Position numbers and translations under genes: made by a program
Notes under the pieces: model-generated
Seen by the model: the letters and a program-made list of their open reading frames with translations, nothing else
What the model was told of the DNA's origin: nothing
The model's database searches: none
Shown here: positions 1-9,018 of the stretch, piece after piece
Numbering within the stretch: the stretch's first letter is position 1
Layout: each line of letters opens with the position of its first letter
IMG/VR virus record: IMGVR_UViG_3300046167_000798
DNA length: 64,000 nucleotides
Source: a virus
Taxonomy: Duplodnaviria; Caudoviricetes
Reading direction: 5' to 3' (one strand)

Positions 1-1199
1 TGAATTTAAACTTCTATACGTTGAAAAAAACTTCATATACTTTTCTATCTTTCTCAAAGTATGAAATATCTAAATATCCTTTCAACAATCTAAAACTTAA
101 AAAATCAGGATATCTTAAGTAAGAAGTATCAAGTATTATTGGAGAATTCCAATATCTTTCAGTATTGAAAGTGTTTTAGTTTGTGTTGATAAATTTTTCT
201 AACTAATTTTTCATAGTTGAATGGAGAAAATATATTGAAAGTTGACATTACAACAATAGTAACCTTTGGTAACTTTTCTAGTATCTTATCTATATTATCA
301 AATAGTTGTTTAAAATCTAAACCTGTTCTGATAAACTCTGCTTGTTCTCCATATGTATCAACTGAAGTATATATAATAAATTCTTTTACTCTTTTTTCAT
401 TGATTATTACAGATGCCTTTTCAATCAATCTATCTATTAGTTTATCATCAACACAAAGATTACTATTAATAGAAAGTTTTAATTTTTTATTTGGTGTTTC
501 GGTTTCTATTATTTTATCTAACACTTTAAACGTATCTTTTGATAAAAGAGGTTCACCACCTGTAATTCTAAAAGTATCCATACTCTTATATAATTCAGGC
601 CACCATTTCCAAAATGCCTCCACATAAGGATTGTGGTCTTTTTGAAGAATCGGCACCATATCTTCTTTTTTTAGTTGTTCTAATGAATTAAATCCATCAC
701 CAGTAGAAAACTCTCCATGTTTTTTCATCTCCTCTACCCACTTAGAAGAATATGATGGGCCACAATACCCACATTTAAAATTACAAGTATTAGAAAATGA
801 TGCCTCTACATACTTAGGTAAATAATCAGCTTTCCAATCTATATTTTTAATTTCTTTAAAATACGGTTTTGACCAATCTTCCTCTGATTTAAAAACTCTA
901 TCAGAATATGAATTAGAATTATCTTCTACTTTCCAACAATAACCACATTCTTTTGGTCTTTTGTTTTCCAACATTTCTTTTCTAGCTTTTTTCTTTTGAG
1001 AACTATTATGAAGAGCTGTTGGATTTCTTTGTAATTCTCTTAATCCTATTTTATGAGGTGCAGGATGATGACAAGAATGAGTAGAACCATCATGTAAGTG
1101 CATTGTAACTTGTGTCCATTTTGCTAAACAAAATCCACAACCAACCGAATCTAAATTCTTTTTAGTTTCTTCAAAGTTATTTCCGATAACTTTACTCAT
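1..1199 (-). CDS. Radical SAM protein with N-terminal twitch/SPASM-like Cys cluster; runs off the window edge after apparent frameshifts near 165 and 55
   Basis: CNFKCGYC (CxxxCxxC), ITGGEPLL, N-terminal CLAKW..SCHH..CGYCW. The called ORF stops at 159, but removing one T gives HFNTERYWNSPIILDTSYLRYPDFL, continuing toward the edge. Confidence 0.85.
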
Positions 1200-1900
1200 T
1201 TTTTAATATTTTTTATTAACAGTTCAGACCACAATTTATGACCATCTGATAACCAATGGTTACCTTTACTTTGTGATACTTTATTTTCAAATAAATAATC
1301 AACCATATTTTCATCTATACAATTATTTGTATATTTTTTTATTGAATAACTATTATTAAATGTATCTGATATAAAATATGAAATATTTAAGTTTTCTAAA
1401 AGTAAAACTATATATTCAATTAATCTTTCATTCTTATAAACAAGTTCATAATCGTTTAAGAAAAAATCTCTACAAATTGAATGCCATTCTTTAAATTTTT
1501 CAATAGATGTACTTTTAAAATTTTTAGTAAAAAAATAATCTCCATGTGCATCATAACTTGTATAATTTATGTTGATAAGATTATCTTTAAAGGAATGTAG
1601 TTTCCTAGATTCACCAGATAAATTTATTAGTACAAATTTTGGATAATTATCAGTATTTTTTATATAATCAATGATATCATAAATAATCTTTTCATTTGAG
1701 TTTCCTTCACATCCAATATTTACATAATCTAAATTTAAATGTTTAGATATTAAATATGGAAATGTTTTATCATATCTATATTCATATATGGATTTTTCAA
1801 CTTTAGGATTATGTCCATCTTTATATAAATCTAATCCTATTTCTTCTTCAATTTCCCATCCTATTGAATGTGAACATCCTGATGATAACAAGTAACTCAT
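1196..1900 (-). CDS. SGNH-hydrolase-like protein (paralog 1)
   Basis: SGCSHS block I, IGCEGNSN block II, C-terminal GNHW..GH; similar to 48792..49769 and 56781..57542. Confidence 0.5.
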   Translation of the reverse strand: MSYLLSSGCSHSIGWEIEEEIGLDLYKDGHNPKVEKSIYEYRYDKTFPYLISKHLNLDYVNIGCEGNSNEKIIYDIIDYIKNTDNYPKFVLINLSGESRKLHSFKDNLININYTSYDAHGDYFFTKNFKSTSIEKFKEWHSICRDFFLNDYELVYKNERLIEYIVLLLENLNISYFISDTFNNSYSIKKYTNNCIDENMVDYLFENKVSQSKGNHWLSDGHKLWSELLIKNIKK

Positions 1901-3345
1901 AACTTAATATTTATGAATTTTGCCTTAGGTGTAATTTCTTCTATACTAACTAATTCATAATTAAGTGAGTTCATTCCATCAGATTTATAATCCCAAGTAC
2001 CACCTTGCATTTCCTTTACAAATCTTCTTTCATTTCTTGCAGTAGTTTCTCCTTTTGCCCAAACATCTTTACCATGTTCATTTTTTACCAATCCTTCATC
2101 TTTATGGTCTAAACAATACATTCTACCCTCTACTCTATGTGGTACAACTGTGTATGGTATTTTAATATCATCTTTATTAAATTCACAATTAAAATTTATC
2201 CCATCGTTATCATTGTCGGATTTATCCACCACTAAACCATCTTCAAAATCATAATGAAGGGATAACCCATCATCTGAATAATCTTCATGTAAAGTACTAA
2301 CCTCATCTGCAGTTAATGCTCTATTCCACATTTTTAAATCTGCAATATCTCCTTTAAACCATTTAGATGGGTCATTATCTGAAACTGATGTTGTTGTTCC
2401 TAAATAATAATCAGTATTACCATATCTTTTTAACATACCTTCAAATTCAAGAGGTGAATGTGTACCAGTTCCCCATCGTGCATCTGATTCTTTTCCATTC
2501 ATATACAAGTGAATATTATTTTCATCAACTACTAAAGTAATCCAACTCCATTGGTTTTCATATCGCTTCATCCATGAATATAAATGTTTTCGTGAATTAT
2601 TCCATAGTTGAGATGTATATGCTCTTGAATTATTATAACTCAATCCATAATCATATCCTGGTCTACGAAGTATTGGATATTCACAAAATCTCCTATCCAT
2701 ATCACCAACTAACCAAACAGGTACTTTTTCTTCTTGTTGGTGTGCTCTAACTAATACTGAAATTGTATGTGAACGAGATGTTAAATTTCTAAGTTTTCGT
2801 GTACAAGGAATTTGTACATATGAATTTTTACCATTAAATGAAATGTAGTTTTGTGTATTATTTTTAAAATCTAAATGGGTTTGATTGGCATATCCTTCCA
2901 AATTACATCTCCAAAATAAATCATCATCTTCCATACCCCAATCCCAATAATCATTACTGTATCCATTGGTTTTCTCAACTTGTTCTTTTGAAAATACAAT
3001 TGCTCCTCCAAAATATTCTTCATATTTTAGTTGGTAGTTCATTTGTGAAATATTAGTTGCAATATGTCTTGGGTTTTCTTTTGGAAAACTATAATCTGCC
3101 CCACCACCTTCTTCAGGTATCATATCGATATCATGCCAAACAACATAATCACATCCATCTTCAAATGCATACTTTGCCGCAATGTTTTTTGTTGCTCCTC
3201 TGTTAAATAGTTTATCATCAACTTGATGTCCAAAATAGATATGATAATCTATACCCTGTCCATCAAGATATTTACCAATCTTTGGTATAAACTCTTTTAA
3301 GTGAGCTTCTCTATTTCTATATGGAACACAAACTCCTAACTTCAT
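1897..3345 (-). CDS. GT7 (beta-1,4-galactosyltransferase-like) glycosyltransferase with inserted LamG domain (paralog 1)
   Basis: VPYRNRE, FNRG, WHDID (DxD), YFGG, NGYSNDYWDWGMEDDDL; then LamG motifs (FNGKNSYV, LYMNG, FKGDIADLKMWNRAL, HYDF); GT7-like C-terminus DGMNSLNY. Confidence 0.85.
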   Translation of the reverse strand: MKLGVCVPYRNREAHLKEFIPKIGKYLDGQGIDYHIYFGHQVDDKLFNRGATKNIAAKYAFEDGCDYVVWHDIDMIPEEGGGADYSFPKENPRHIATNISQMNYQLKYEEYFGGAIVFSKEQVEKTNGYSNDYWDWGMEDDDLFWRCNLEGYANQTHLDFKNNTQNYISFNGKNSYVQIPCTRKLRNLTSRSHTISVLVRAHQQEEKVPVWLVGDMDRRFCEYPILRRPGYDYGLSYNNSRAYTSQLWNNSRKHLYSWMKRYENQWSWITLVVDENNIHLYMNGKESDARWGTGTHSPLEFEGMLKRYGNTDYYLGTTTSVSDNDPSKWFKGDIADLKMWNRALTADEVSTLHEDYSDDGLSLHYDFEDGLVVDKSDNDNDGINFNCEFNKDDIKIPYTVVPHRVEGRMYCLDHKDEGLVKNEHGKDVWAKGETTARNERRFVKEMQGGTWDYKSDGMNSLNYELVSIEEITPKAKFINIKL

Positions 3346-3752
3346 AGTGTATCTGCAATTAGTTTTTTAAATTTGGTTGTACTCCAACCATGGTCTCTGT
3401 TTAAATAATGAATTGGTATATCTAATTCGAAACCTGTATATGTTTTACCTCGATAATCATCTCCTAAGAATCTGATATCTGGTGATAATCTTTTTAATAA
3501 ATCTACCAATTCTTTTTCATAAGTATAATATGCAATTCCATTTATAAATCTGATTGATGTTAGGATTTCTGTTCTTTCTTCTTTAGTAAGAATTGGTTTC
3601 AGTTTATGTGGTCTTTCTATTGATGGGTCTGTATGTAATAAAACTATAAATTGTTTACAATATGATTTACATTCTTTAAACATTTTTATATAACCTGGAT
3701 GTATTACATCAAAGTTTCCAGCAATTACTCCTACATCGTATAATGGCTTCAT
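3342..3752 (-). CDS. Cytidylyltransferase (TagD/CTP_transf_like family)
   Basis: AGNFDVIHPGY (HxGH-like, here HPGY), ER..IL, GDDY, RDHGWSTT. Confidence 0.85.
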   Translation of the reverse strand: MKPLYDVGVIAGNFDVIHPGYIKMFKECKSYCKQFIVLLHTDPSIERPHKLKPILTKEERTEILTSIRFINGIAYYTYEKELVDLLKRLSPDIRFLGDDYRGKTYTGFELDIPIHYLNRDHGWSTTKFKKLIADTL

Positions 3753-5200
3753 ATCTCTATCGATAGTTTAGTTACTAGTTCGTTTACATCTATACTAATT
3801 TCTTCATATCTTAAAGTATTTAATCCTTCTATTCTAAAATCATCTATATCATTTCTAACTTCATTATAATACTTTATTTGGTTTTTTCTAGTTTCTTTAT
3901 GTATCCATTTATTACCAGTAGAAGAGTTAGTTTTATGTTTCAATGATTTAAAACGAGAATTTCTACGATATGGCTTTGGTAGAAATGTTTTAAACGATTC
4001 ATTTGTTTTATATAAATATATATTGTTTAAATAAACATCATATTTTCCACCCAAATCAATTGAAGTAGTTGATGATGAGGTCTGTGGTAAAATCTGAGTA
4101 TATAAAAATTCACTTGATTTGAAATTACCAAAGTTTCTAAGTTTTGGTTTTGTTGGATTTTTTGATATTTCAATTATCTCATCATCAGTAAGAGCAATAT
4201 CGTATATCTCGATACCAGATATTAATCCATAAAAGAAATCTTTATTTGTTGGTTTACCATTTCCAATTCCAACATATATTTCATCAGATGATAATTGTAA
4301 TATTTCATTATTCATTTTTTCAATACCAACCAATTCACCATTCATGTAAAATTTTAATGTATCTGAGTTTTCATAAACCATTGTTAGATGTACCCATCTT
4401 TCACCAACAACTTCAGTTGCAACAGAATATGGTTTTTTATCTGAATCATAAGCCTGACAGAAGAATCTACGAAAGGAATTGTAAAATAATCCAATGTTGT
4501 ATCCTGGTATAGATACTATTGGAAATTCATCATAATCTTTATTTTCACTTAAACTTATATCACTTGGTTTTACCATTACTGATATTGTAAACTCATCTTC
4601 AAGTAAATGTAATTTTTTATTTGATGAAAATTTTATAAAAGAATCGTTTCCATCAAATTTAAAAGATTCAATTTCTCTAATATTTTCATCTCCCAATGAT
4701 TCACTATCTAATTCCAAATTAGATTCAATACATCTTATTAATAAATCATCATCTTCAAATCCCCACCCCCAATATTCATTAGAGAACCCATTGATGGTTT
4801 TAAAATCTTCTTTAGTAAACATAGTTACTCCACCAAAGTAATCAAAAAATGTTGTTTCGTAATCGTGTTCTTGTAAGTGTGTTGCTAAATGTAGAGGTTT
4901 ATCTGAATAAGAATAATCTACATCTTCAGGTAACATATCAACATCATGAAATACAAAATAATCGCACCCTTTATCTAAGGCATACTTATATCCTGCATTC
5001 AGAAGCTTACCTCTGTTAAAAGGTTTATCATCTGCCTGTTCAATGATGAAGATTTCGTAATCAATATCCTTAATATAATCTTTCATATGAGATAAGAACC
5101 TTTTCAGTTGAGTTTCTCTATCTCTATATGGAACTATTATACCAAGTTTATGATTTACTTTCTTCTCCTTGAGTTTCTGTATTCTCTTGGATTCTTTCAC
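3749..5200 (-). CDS. GT7 glycosyltransferase with inserted LamG domain (paralog 2)
   Basis: IIVPYRDRE, PFNRGKLLNAG, FHDVD, YFGGV, INGFSNEYWGWGFEDDDL; LamG (FDGNDSFI, WVHLTMV, FYMNG, FYGLISGIEIYDIAL); C-terminal EGLNTLRY. Confidence 0.87.
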   Translation of the reverse strand: MKESKRIQKLKEKKVNHKLGIIVPYRDRETQLKRFLSHMKDYIKDIDYEIFIIEQADDKPFNRGKLLNAGYKYALDKGCDYFVFHDVDMLPEDVDYSYSDKPLHLATHLQEHDYETTFFDYFGGVTMFTKEDFKTINGFSNEYWGWGFEDDDLLIRCIESNLELDSESLGDENIREIESFKFDGNDSFIKFSSNKKLHLLEDEFTISVMVKPSDISLSENKDYDEFPIVSIPGYNIGLFYNSFRRFFCQAYDSDKKPYSVATEVVGERWVHLTMVYENSDTLKFYMNGELVGIEKMNNEILQLSSDEIYVGIGNGKPTNKDFFYGLISGIEIYDIALTDDEIIEISKNPTKPKLRNFGNFKSSEFLYTQILPQTSSSTTSIDLGGKYDVYLNNIYLYKTNESFKTFLPKPYRRNSRFKSLKHKTNSSTGNKWIHKETRKNQIKYYNEVRNDIDDFRIEGLNTLRYEEISIDVNELVTKLSIEI

Positions 5201-5414
5201 TACCTCTTTCTGGTCTGTTTGTTGTTCCTACTGTTTTAGCTTTTGCAATCTGATAGAATTCGTTCAAATACCATTCCAAACGTTCCTGCCACATATCTGC
5301 ATCTAGTTCATAAACCCAATCGTTTATATCACCAATTGAACCAGCTATTGATTCAAGAGCTTTAACCCCTCTTTCTTCGAGTGATTTATTGTTCGTTGTC
5401 TCTTTCTTTGCCAT
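5148..5414 (-). CDS. Hypothetical small phage protein
   Basis: Open 88-aa ORF in the co-directional array; plausible helical protein. Confidence 0.6.
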   Translation of the reverse strand: MAKKETTNNKSLEERGVKALESIAGSIGDINDWVYELDADMWQERLEWYLNEFYQIAKAKTVGTTNRPERGSERIQENTETQGEESKS

Positions 5415-5943
5415 AATTGTAATTTAGTTTTTTGTTGTAAATTAATTCTTGTTTTAGTTTATCAAATATAAAACCTTCTAATCCTTCTTTATCAATAGGG
5501 AATGAAGTTTCTTCTATCCAATCTTTTAATCTTTCGGGTTCCCATTTTAAGTTTTCTAACTCATCATCTATTTTTTGAGGCTCCCATTGTTTAGTATCTA
5601 TTTCTGCATTTATTTCTTGTAATCTATATTCTATTTTTTCTTTTTCTACTTTTAAATCATCTAAACGAAATTTTATATCATCTCGTTTTACAGTTTTCAT
5701 TTTAATATCTTCATTGATATCATCAATAGTAGTTTGTTTATCATGCCATCTTGCAAAATATTTTCCTATATTTGCAGTTTTTGAGTTCCTATTTCTTAAG
5801 AATAGTGTTTCAACTATTAATATAATTTTTAAAAAAATTGATTTATCTTGTTGACCTGGTTCTGTTAAATCTTTTAACTGAGTATCGATATCTTCAAGAT
5901 GTCTTACAACCTTTTCGTTATGTAACAATTCTAATAAGTTCAT
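5386..5943 (-). CDS. Hypothetical coiled-coil protein
   Basis: 185-aa ORF with heptad-like charged pattern, overlapping its neighbours in operon fashion. Confidence 0.55.
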   Translation of the reverse strand: MNLLELLHNEKVVRHLEDIDTQLKDLTEPGQQDKSIFLKIILIVETLFLRNRNSKTANIGKYFARWHDKQTTIDDINEDIKMKTVKRDDIKFRLDDLKVEKEKIEYRLQEINAEIDTKQWEPQKIDDELENLKWEPERLKDWIEETSFPIDKEGLEGFIFDKLKQELIYNKKLNYNYGKERDNEQ

Positions 5944-7378
5944 AATTTTTTTTATTTTGTATATCTAATATACTGTATTTTAAAGTATTTAATCCTATTT
6001 GTTTATAATCTAAACTATTAGTAACAACATCGTGAAAAAAAATATCCGCATTTTCAGTTATATCAGGATTATAATCATAGTATTTTTTTATAATGTTACT
6101 ATCACCCTTATGTACCAATGATTTATATTCCGAATCTAATCGTATTGGTAAATATATTTCATTTGGAGTATATGTTATAGTATTATTTGATAACTTACCA
6201 TATATTTTTAAATGATTTTTAAATTTTCCAGAATCAAGTATAAGTGTATTTTTATATGTAGAATTATAATTTAAATTTATAGATGGAATAATTCCATATT
6301 TTGATTCAATATCATCTAATGATGAATTTCCTTTGTTATATAAAAGAGTAATGATATCTGAAGAAATACATAAATCAAAAGAAAGTATATTTGAAATAGA
6401 AAGAGATGTTTTATCATCTGATATTTTTATACAATGTTTTCTGTAATCATATATTTCAAAATCTTCTTTTAATTTTATTTCTTTGGTTTTGTTATTTATT
6501 GATAATCTTAAAGTTTTATCAGTAGCATCATATGAGTAAACACAATGATTCCATCTATTTCTTGAATACGATAATATAACCTCATTGTGATTATTATTAA
6601 TATCCCAAATCTGTGCAATTAGTTCGTTTCCATTACTAAGAAACAATCCACTATCACATCCTTCAAAAACAAATAAGTTCTTTTTCGGTTGTCTATTTGT
6701 ATCATCATTAAACCAAAAAGATATACTAAATGAATCTGTTAGCATTTTTTGTGATAAGCTGTTTAATGTTCCATAAATATAATCAGATTTTCCAAATTTA
6801 TTACAATGTATTTGTTGAATTCTTTTTTCTGCAGATGGAGATACTTTTTCTATCCTATATGGAAGAATATCTAATTCATCATAATTAGAGTAAACATTAT
6901 TTAAATCATAGAATTTTTCTAAATAAGCACCACTTCTTTGTAATCTATAAAGTAAATCTAAATCTTCAAAACCATAACCCCAATATTCATTTGAGTATCC
7001 ATTAGCATTTTCAAAATCTTCTCTACTGATAACGATAACTCCTCCAAAGTATTGTGGATAAGGTAATTCACCTCCATGTGCTTCTACATTACTTGCTAAA
7101 TGTGTTGGTGATTCAGGATAACCATAATCACACTCATCATTCATTGGCAACATATCTACATCATGAAAAGCAAAGTAAGTATATTCTTCTCCAACTTCTT
7201 TAGTAACTACATTACATAGTTTACCATAGTTAAAGGGTCTATTATCTGTTTGTTCTGCGATAAAAATAGTGTAATCGATTCCCTTATCTTTGAGGAATTC
7301 GTACATATGAGGAACAAATACATCTAAGTGTTCTTGTCTATCTCTATATGGAACTATTATTGCTAACTTATCTTTCAT
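5918..7378 (-). CDS. GT7 glycosyltransferase with inserted, divergent LamG domain (paralog 3)
   Basis: AIIVPYRDR, PFNYGKLCN, FHDVD, YFGGV, ANGYSNEYWGYGFEDLDL; LamG-like FSISFWF, WNHCVYSYD; C-terminal IGLNTLKY. Confidence 0.85.
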   Translation of the reverse strand: MKDKLAIIVPYRDRQEHLDVFVPHMYEFLKDKGIDYTIFIAEQTDNRPFNYGKLCNVVTKEVGEEYTYFAFHDVDMLPMNDECDYGYPESPTHLASNVEAHGGELPYPQYFGGVIVISREDFENANGYSNEYWGYGFEDLDLLYRLQRSGAYLEKFYDLNNVYSNYDELDILPYRIEKVSPSAEKRIQQIHCNKFGKSDYIYGTLNSLSQKMLTDSFSISFWFNDDTNRQPKKNLFVFEGCDSGLFLSNGNELIAQIWDINNNHNEVILSYSRNRWNHCVYSYDATDKTLRLSINNKTKEIKLKEDFEIYDYRKHCIKISDDKTSLSISNILSFDLCISSDIITLLYNKGNSSLDDIESKYGIIPSINLNYNSTYKNTLILDSGKFKNHLKIYGKLSNNTITYTPNEIYLPIRLDSEYKSLVHKGDSNIIKKYYDYNPDITENADIFFHDVVTNSLDYKQIGLNTLKYSILDIQNKKNYELIRIVT

Positions 7379-8221
7379 TTAGATTTTTACTATAACATTT
7401 GAAAGTTCATTCCACTTTGTATAATCAAAGTAAGAATTATCTTCCATTTTTTCAAACATAAATTCAGGATTATTTATATCGATTTTCCAATCGTTTACCT
7501 GAATTCCTCTGTACATTTTTTTGTATTCCTTCCAAAAGGAATAATCTTTTTTTGTTTCAGATACTTCTTTTAATCTTTCAAGAACTGTCGAATCCCACTT
7601 GAAGTGATGAACTTGGATAAATCCTTTTTCAAGTGGATATCTTTTAGGATGATTCCATCCTCGTTCTCTCCAAGTATCCGTATCACCAATCACAGCAAAG
7701 TGTTGACCAGGTGTTACATCCACAGAACCTTTCATTACACAACATTTGTTTGGCATCGCTCCACTCATAGGATATCTAAAAAATCCTGCAAGTGGAAACG
7801 ATTTCCAAATATTAGTTTCTTTTGTTACCAAAGGAAACTCTCCATCCTCTCCTATCCTATCGAGGAATCCTCCTGTGATGAACTCCCATCCATTCTTATC
7901 ACAATCTGAAATCATCTCTCTAATATCAGCTGGATAAACATGAAGTTCATCATCGTCCGAAACCACCCACCATTCATCGGGTTTAGTTTGCTTTACTTCA
8001 TTATATAATTGAGTAACTCGTTCCCAATTAAATTTTTCTTCTGTTACTATCTTGTGGGGTTTAATACCAAGATTAATTACATCTTCTAAAATACCATCTA
8101 AGGTATGTTGTCTGTAAACTACTACATAAATTTCATCTACAATATCTTTGTAGTGATTTATCATATGTGGTAGAAGTGTAGTGTTGTGTCCAACAACTGT
8201 AACCAAATTTACTTTTTGCAT
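7379..8221 (-). CDS. GT2-like (GT-A fold) glycosyltransferase
   Basis: LLPHMINHY, WWVVSDDDE (DxD), C-terminal VHHFKW; pattern of Glyco_tranf_2_4/GT92-like proteins. Confidence 0.65.
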   Translation of the reverse strand: MQKVNLVTVVGHNTTLLPHMINHYKDIVDEIYVVVYRQHTLDGILEDVINLGIKPHKIVTEEKFNWERVTQLYNEVKQTKPDEWWVVSDDDELHVYPADIREMISDCDKNGWEFITGGFLDRIGEDGEFPLVTKETNIWKSFPLAGFFRYPMSGAMPNKCCVMKGSVDVTPGQHFAVIGDTDTWRERGWNHPKRYPLEKGFIQVHHFKWDSTVLERLKEVSETKKDYSFWKEYKKMYRGIQVNDWKIDINNPEFMFEKMEDNSYFDYTKWNELSNVIVKI

Positions 8222-8988
8222 CTTTGTAGAATTGTTAGACCTGTTGATGCTGGTTTAGATTTAAATATACCATTATTAAAAAAGTTGAAAATTTCCCAAT
8301 CACTATCATCACTCAGTTCTTTTATTAATTTAGAAGGGCCGTTGGTTATTTCTTGATGGTCATCTTTTTTTATTTCATCTGTAACTATTAATTCTTTTTC
8401 AAATGATTCATCTGTATCGTGTATTGATATAATACCATTTGGTGAAAGTAGTTTAGAATATAAATCAAAATCTTGTTTTACATCTTTATAAGTATGTCCA
8501 GCATCTATATGTAAATAATCAATTTTAATATCTTCTTTAACGAAAAAGTTATAATATGCATTTTCAGTTGTTTCTAAAATTACTCTTGGAAAAAATGTTT
8601 TTCTAAAAAATGAATCCTCATTAATCCAATCAGTATTACCACCAACTCCATTAGAAGCATCTACTAAGTAAGTTGCTCCTATATCTCCCCAATTATAATC
8701 TCGGTTACCTTCAAATATTTGTGAATCATATAAATCAACTCTTGCCTGTGTCATTATTCTTGGAATAAATCCACCACCACTTCCTAAACATACACATACT
8801 TTTGCTCTCATGTAATGTATAATAGAATATATTAACAACCCATCACCCAAAGATAAATCAGTTGCACCATGTGTCCATCTATATGGAACTTTTTTTAGTT
8901 CAATATATTCCTTTTCATTAGTGTCGTATTCTTTAGATTGATTGTGTGTAAAAAAATCTTTTATAAAGTCAAGATTTAGAAGTGTCAT
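8209..8988 (-). CDS. Class I SAM-dependent methyltransferase (Methyltransf_24-like)
   Basis: VCLGSGGGF motif I, IDYLHIDAGHTY, LSPNGIISIHDT. Confidence 0.8.
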   Translation of the reverse strand: MTLLNLDFIKDFFTHNQSKEYDTNEKEYIELKKVPYRWTHGATDLSLGDGLLIYSIIHYMRAKVCVCLGSGGGFIPRIMTQARVDLYDSQIFEGNRDYNWGDIGATYLVDASNGVGGNTDWINEDSFFRKTFFPRVILETTENAYYNFFVKEDIKIDYLHIDAGHTYKDVKQDFDLYSKLLSPNGIISIHDTDESFEKELIVTDEIKKDDHQEITNGPSKLIKELSDDSDWEIFNFFNNGIFKSKPASTGLTILQRCKK

Positions 8989-9018
8989 ATCTTTAGTATA
9001 TATATAAATATATAGTTA

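Noticed and set aside
1897-7378. Eukaryotic or NCLDV origin suggested by GT7, SET and the Mre11-Rad50 fusion
   Set aside because: Contractile-tail baseplate genes, a sigma factor, bacterial promoters, terminators, PhoH and Def indicate a bacteriophage
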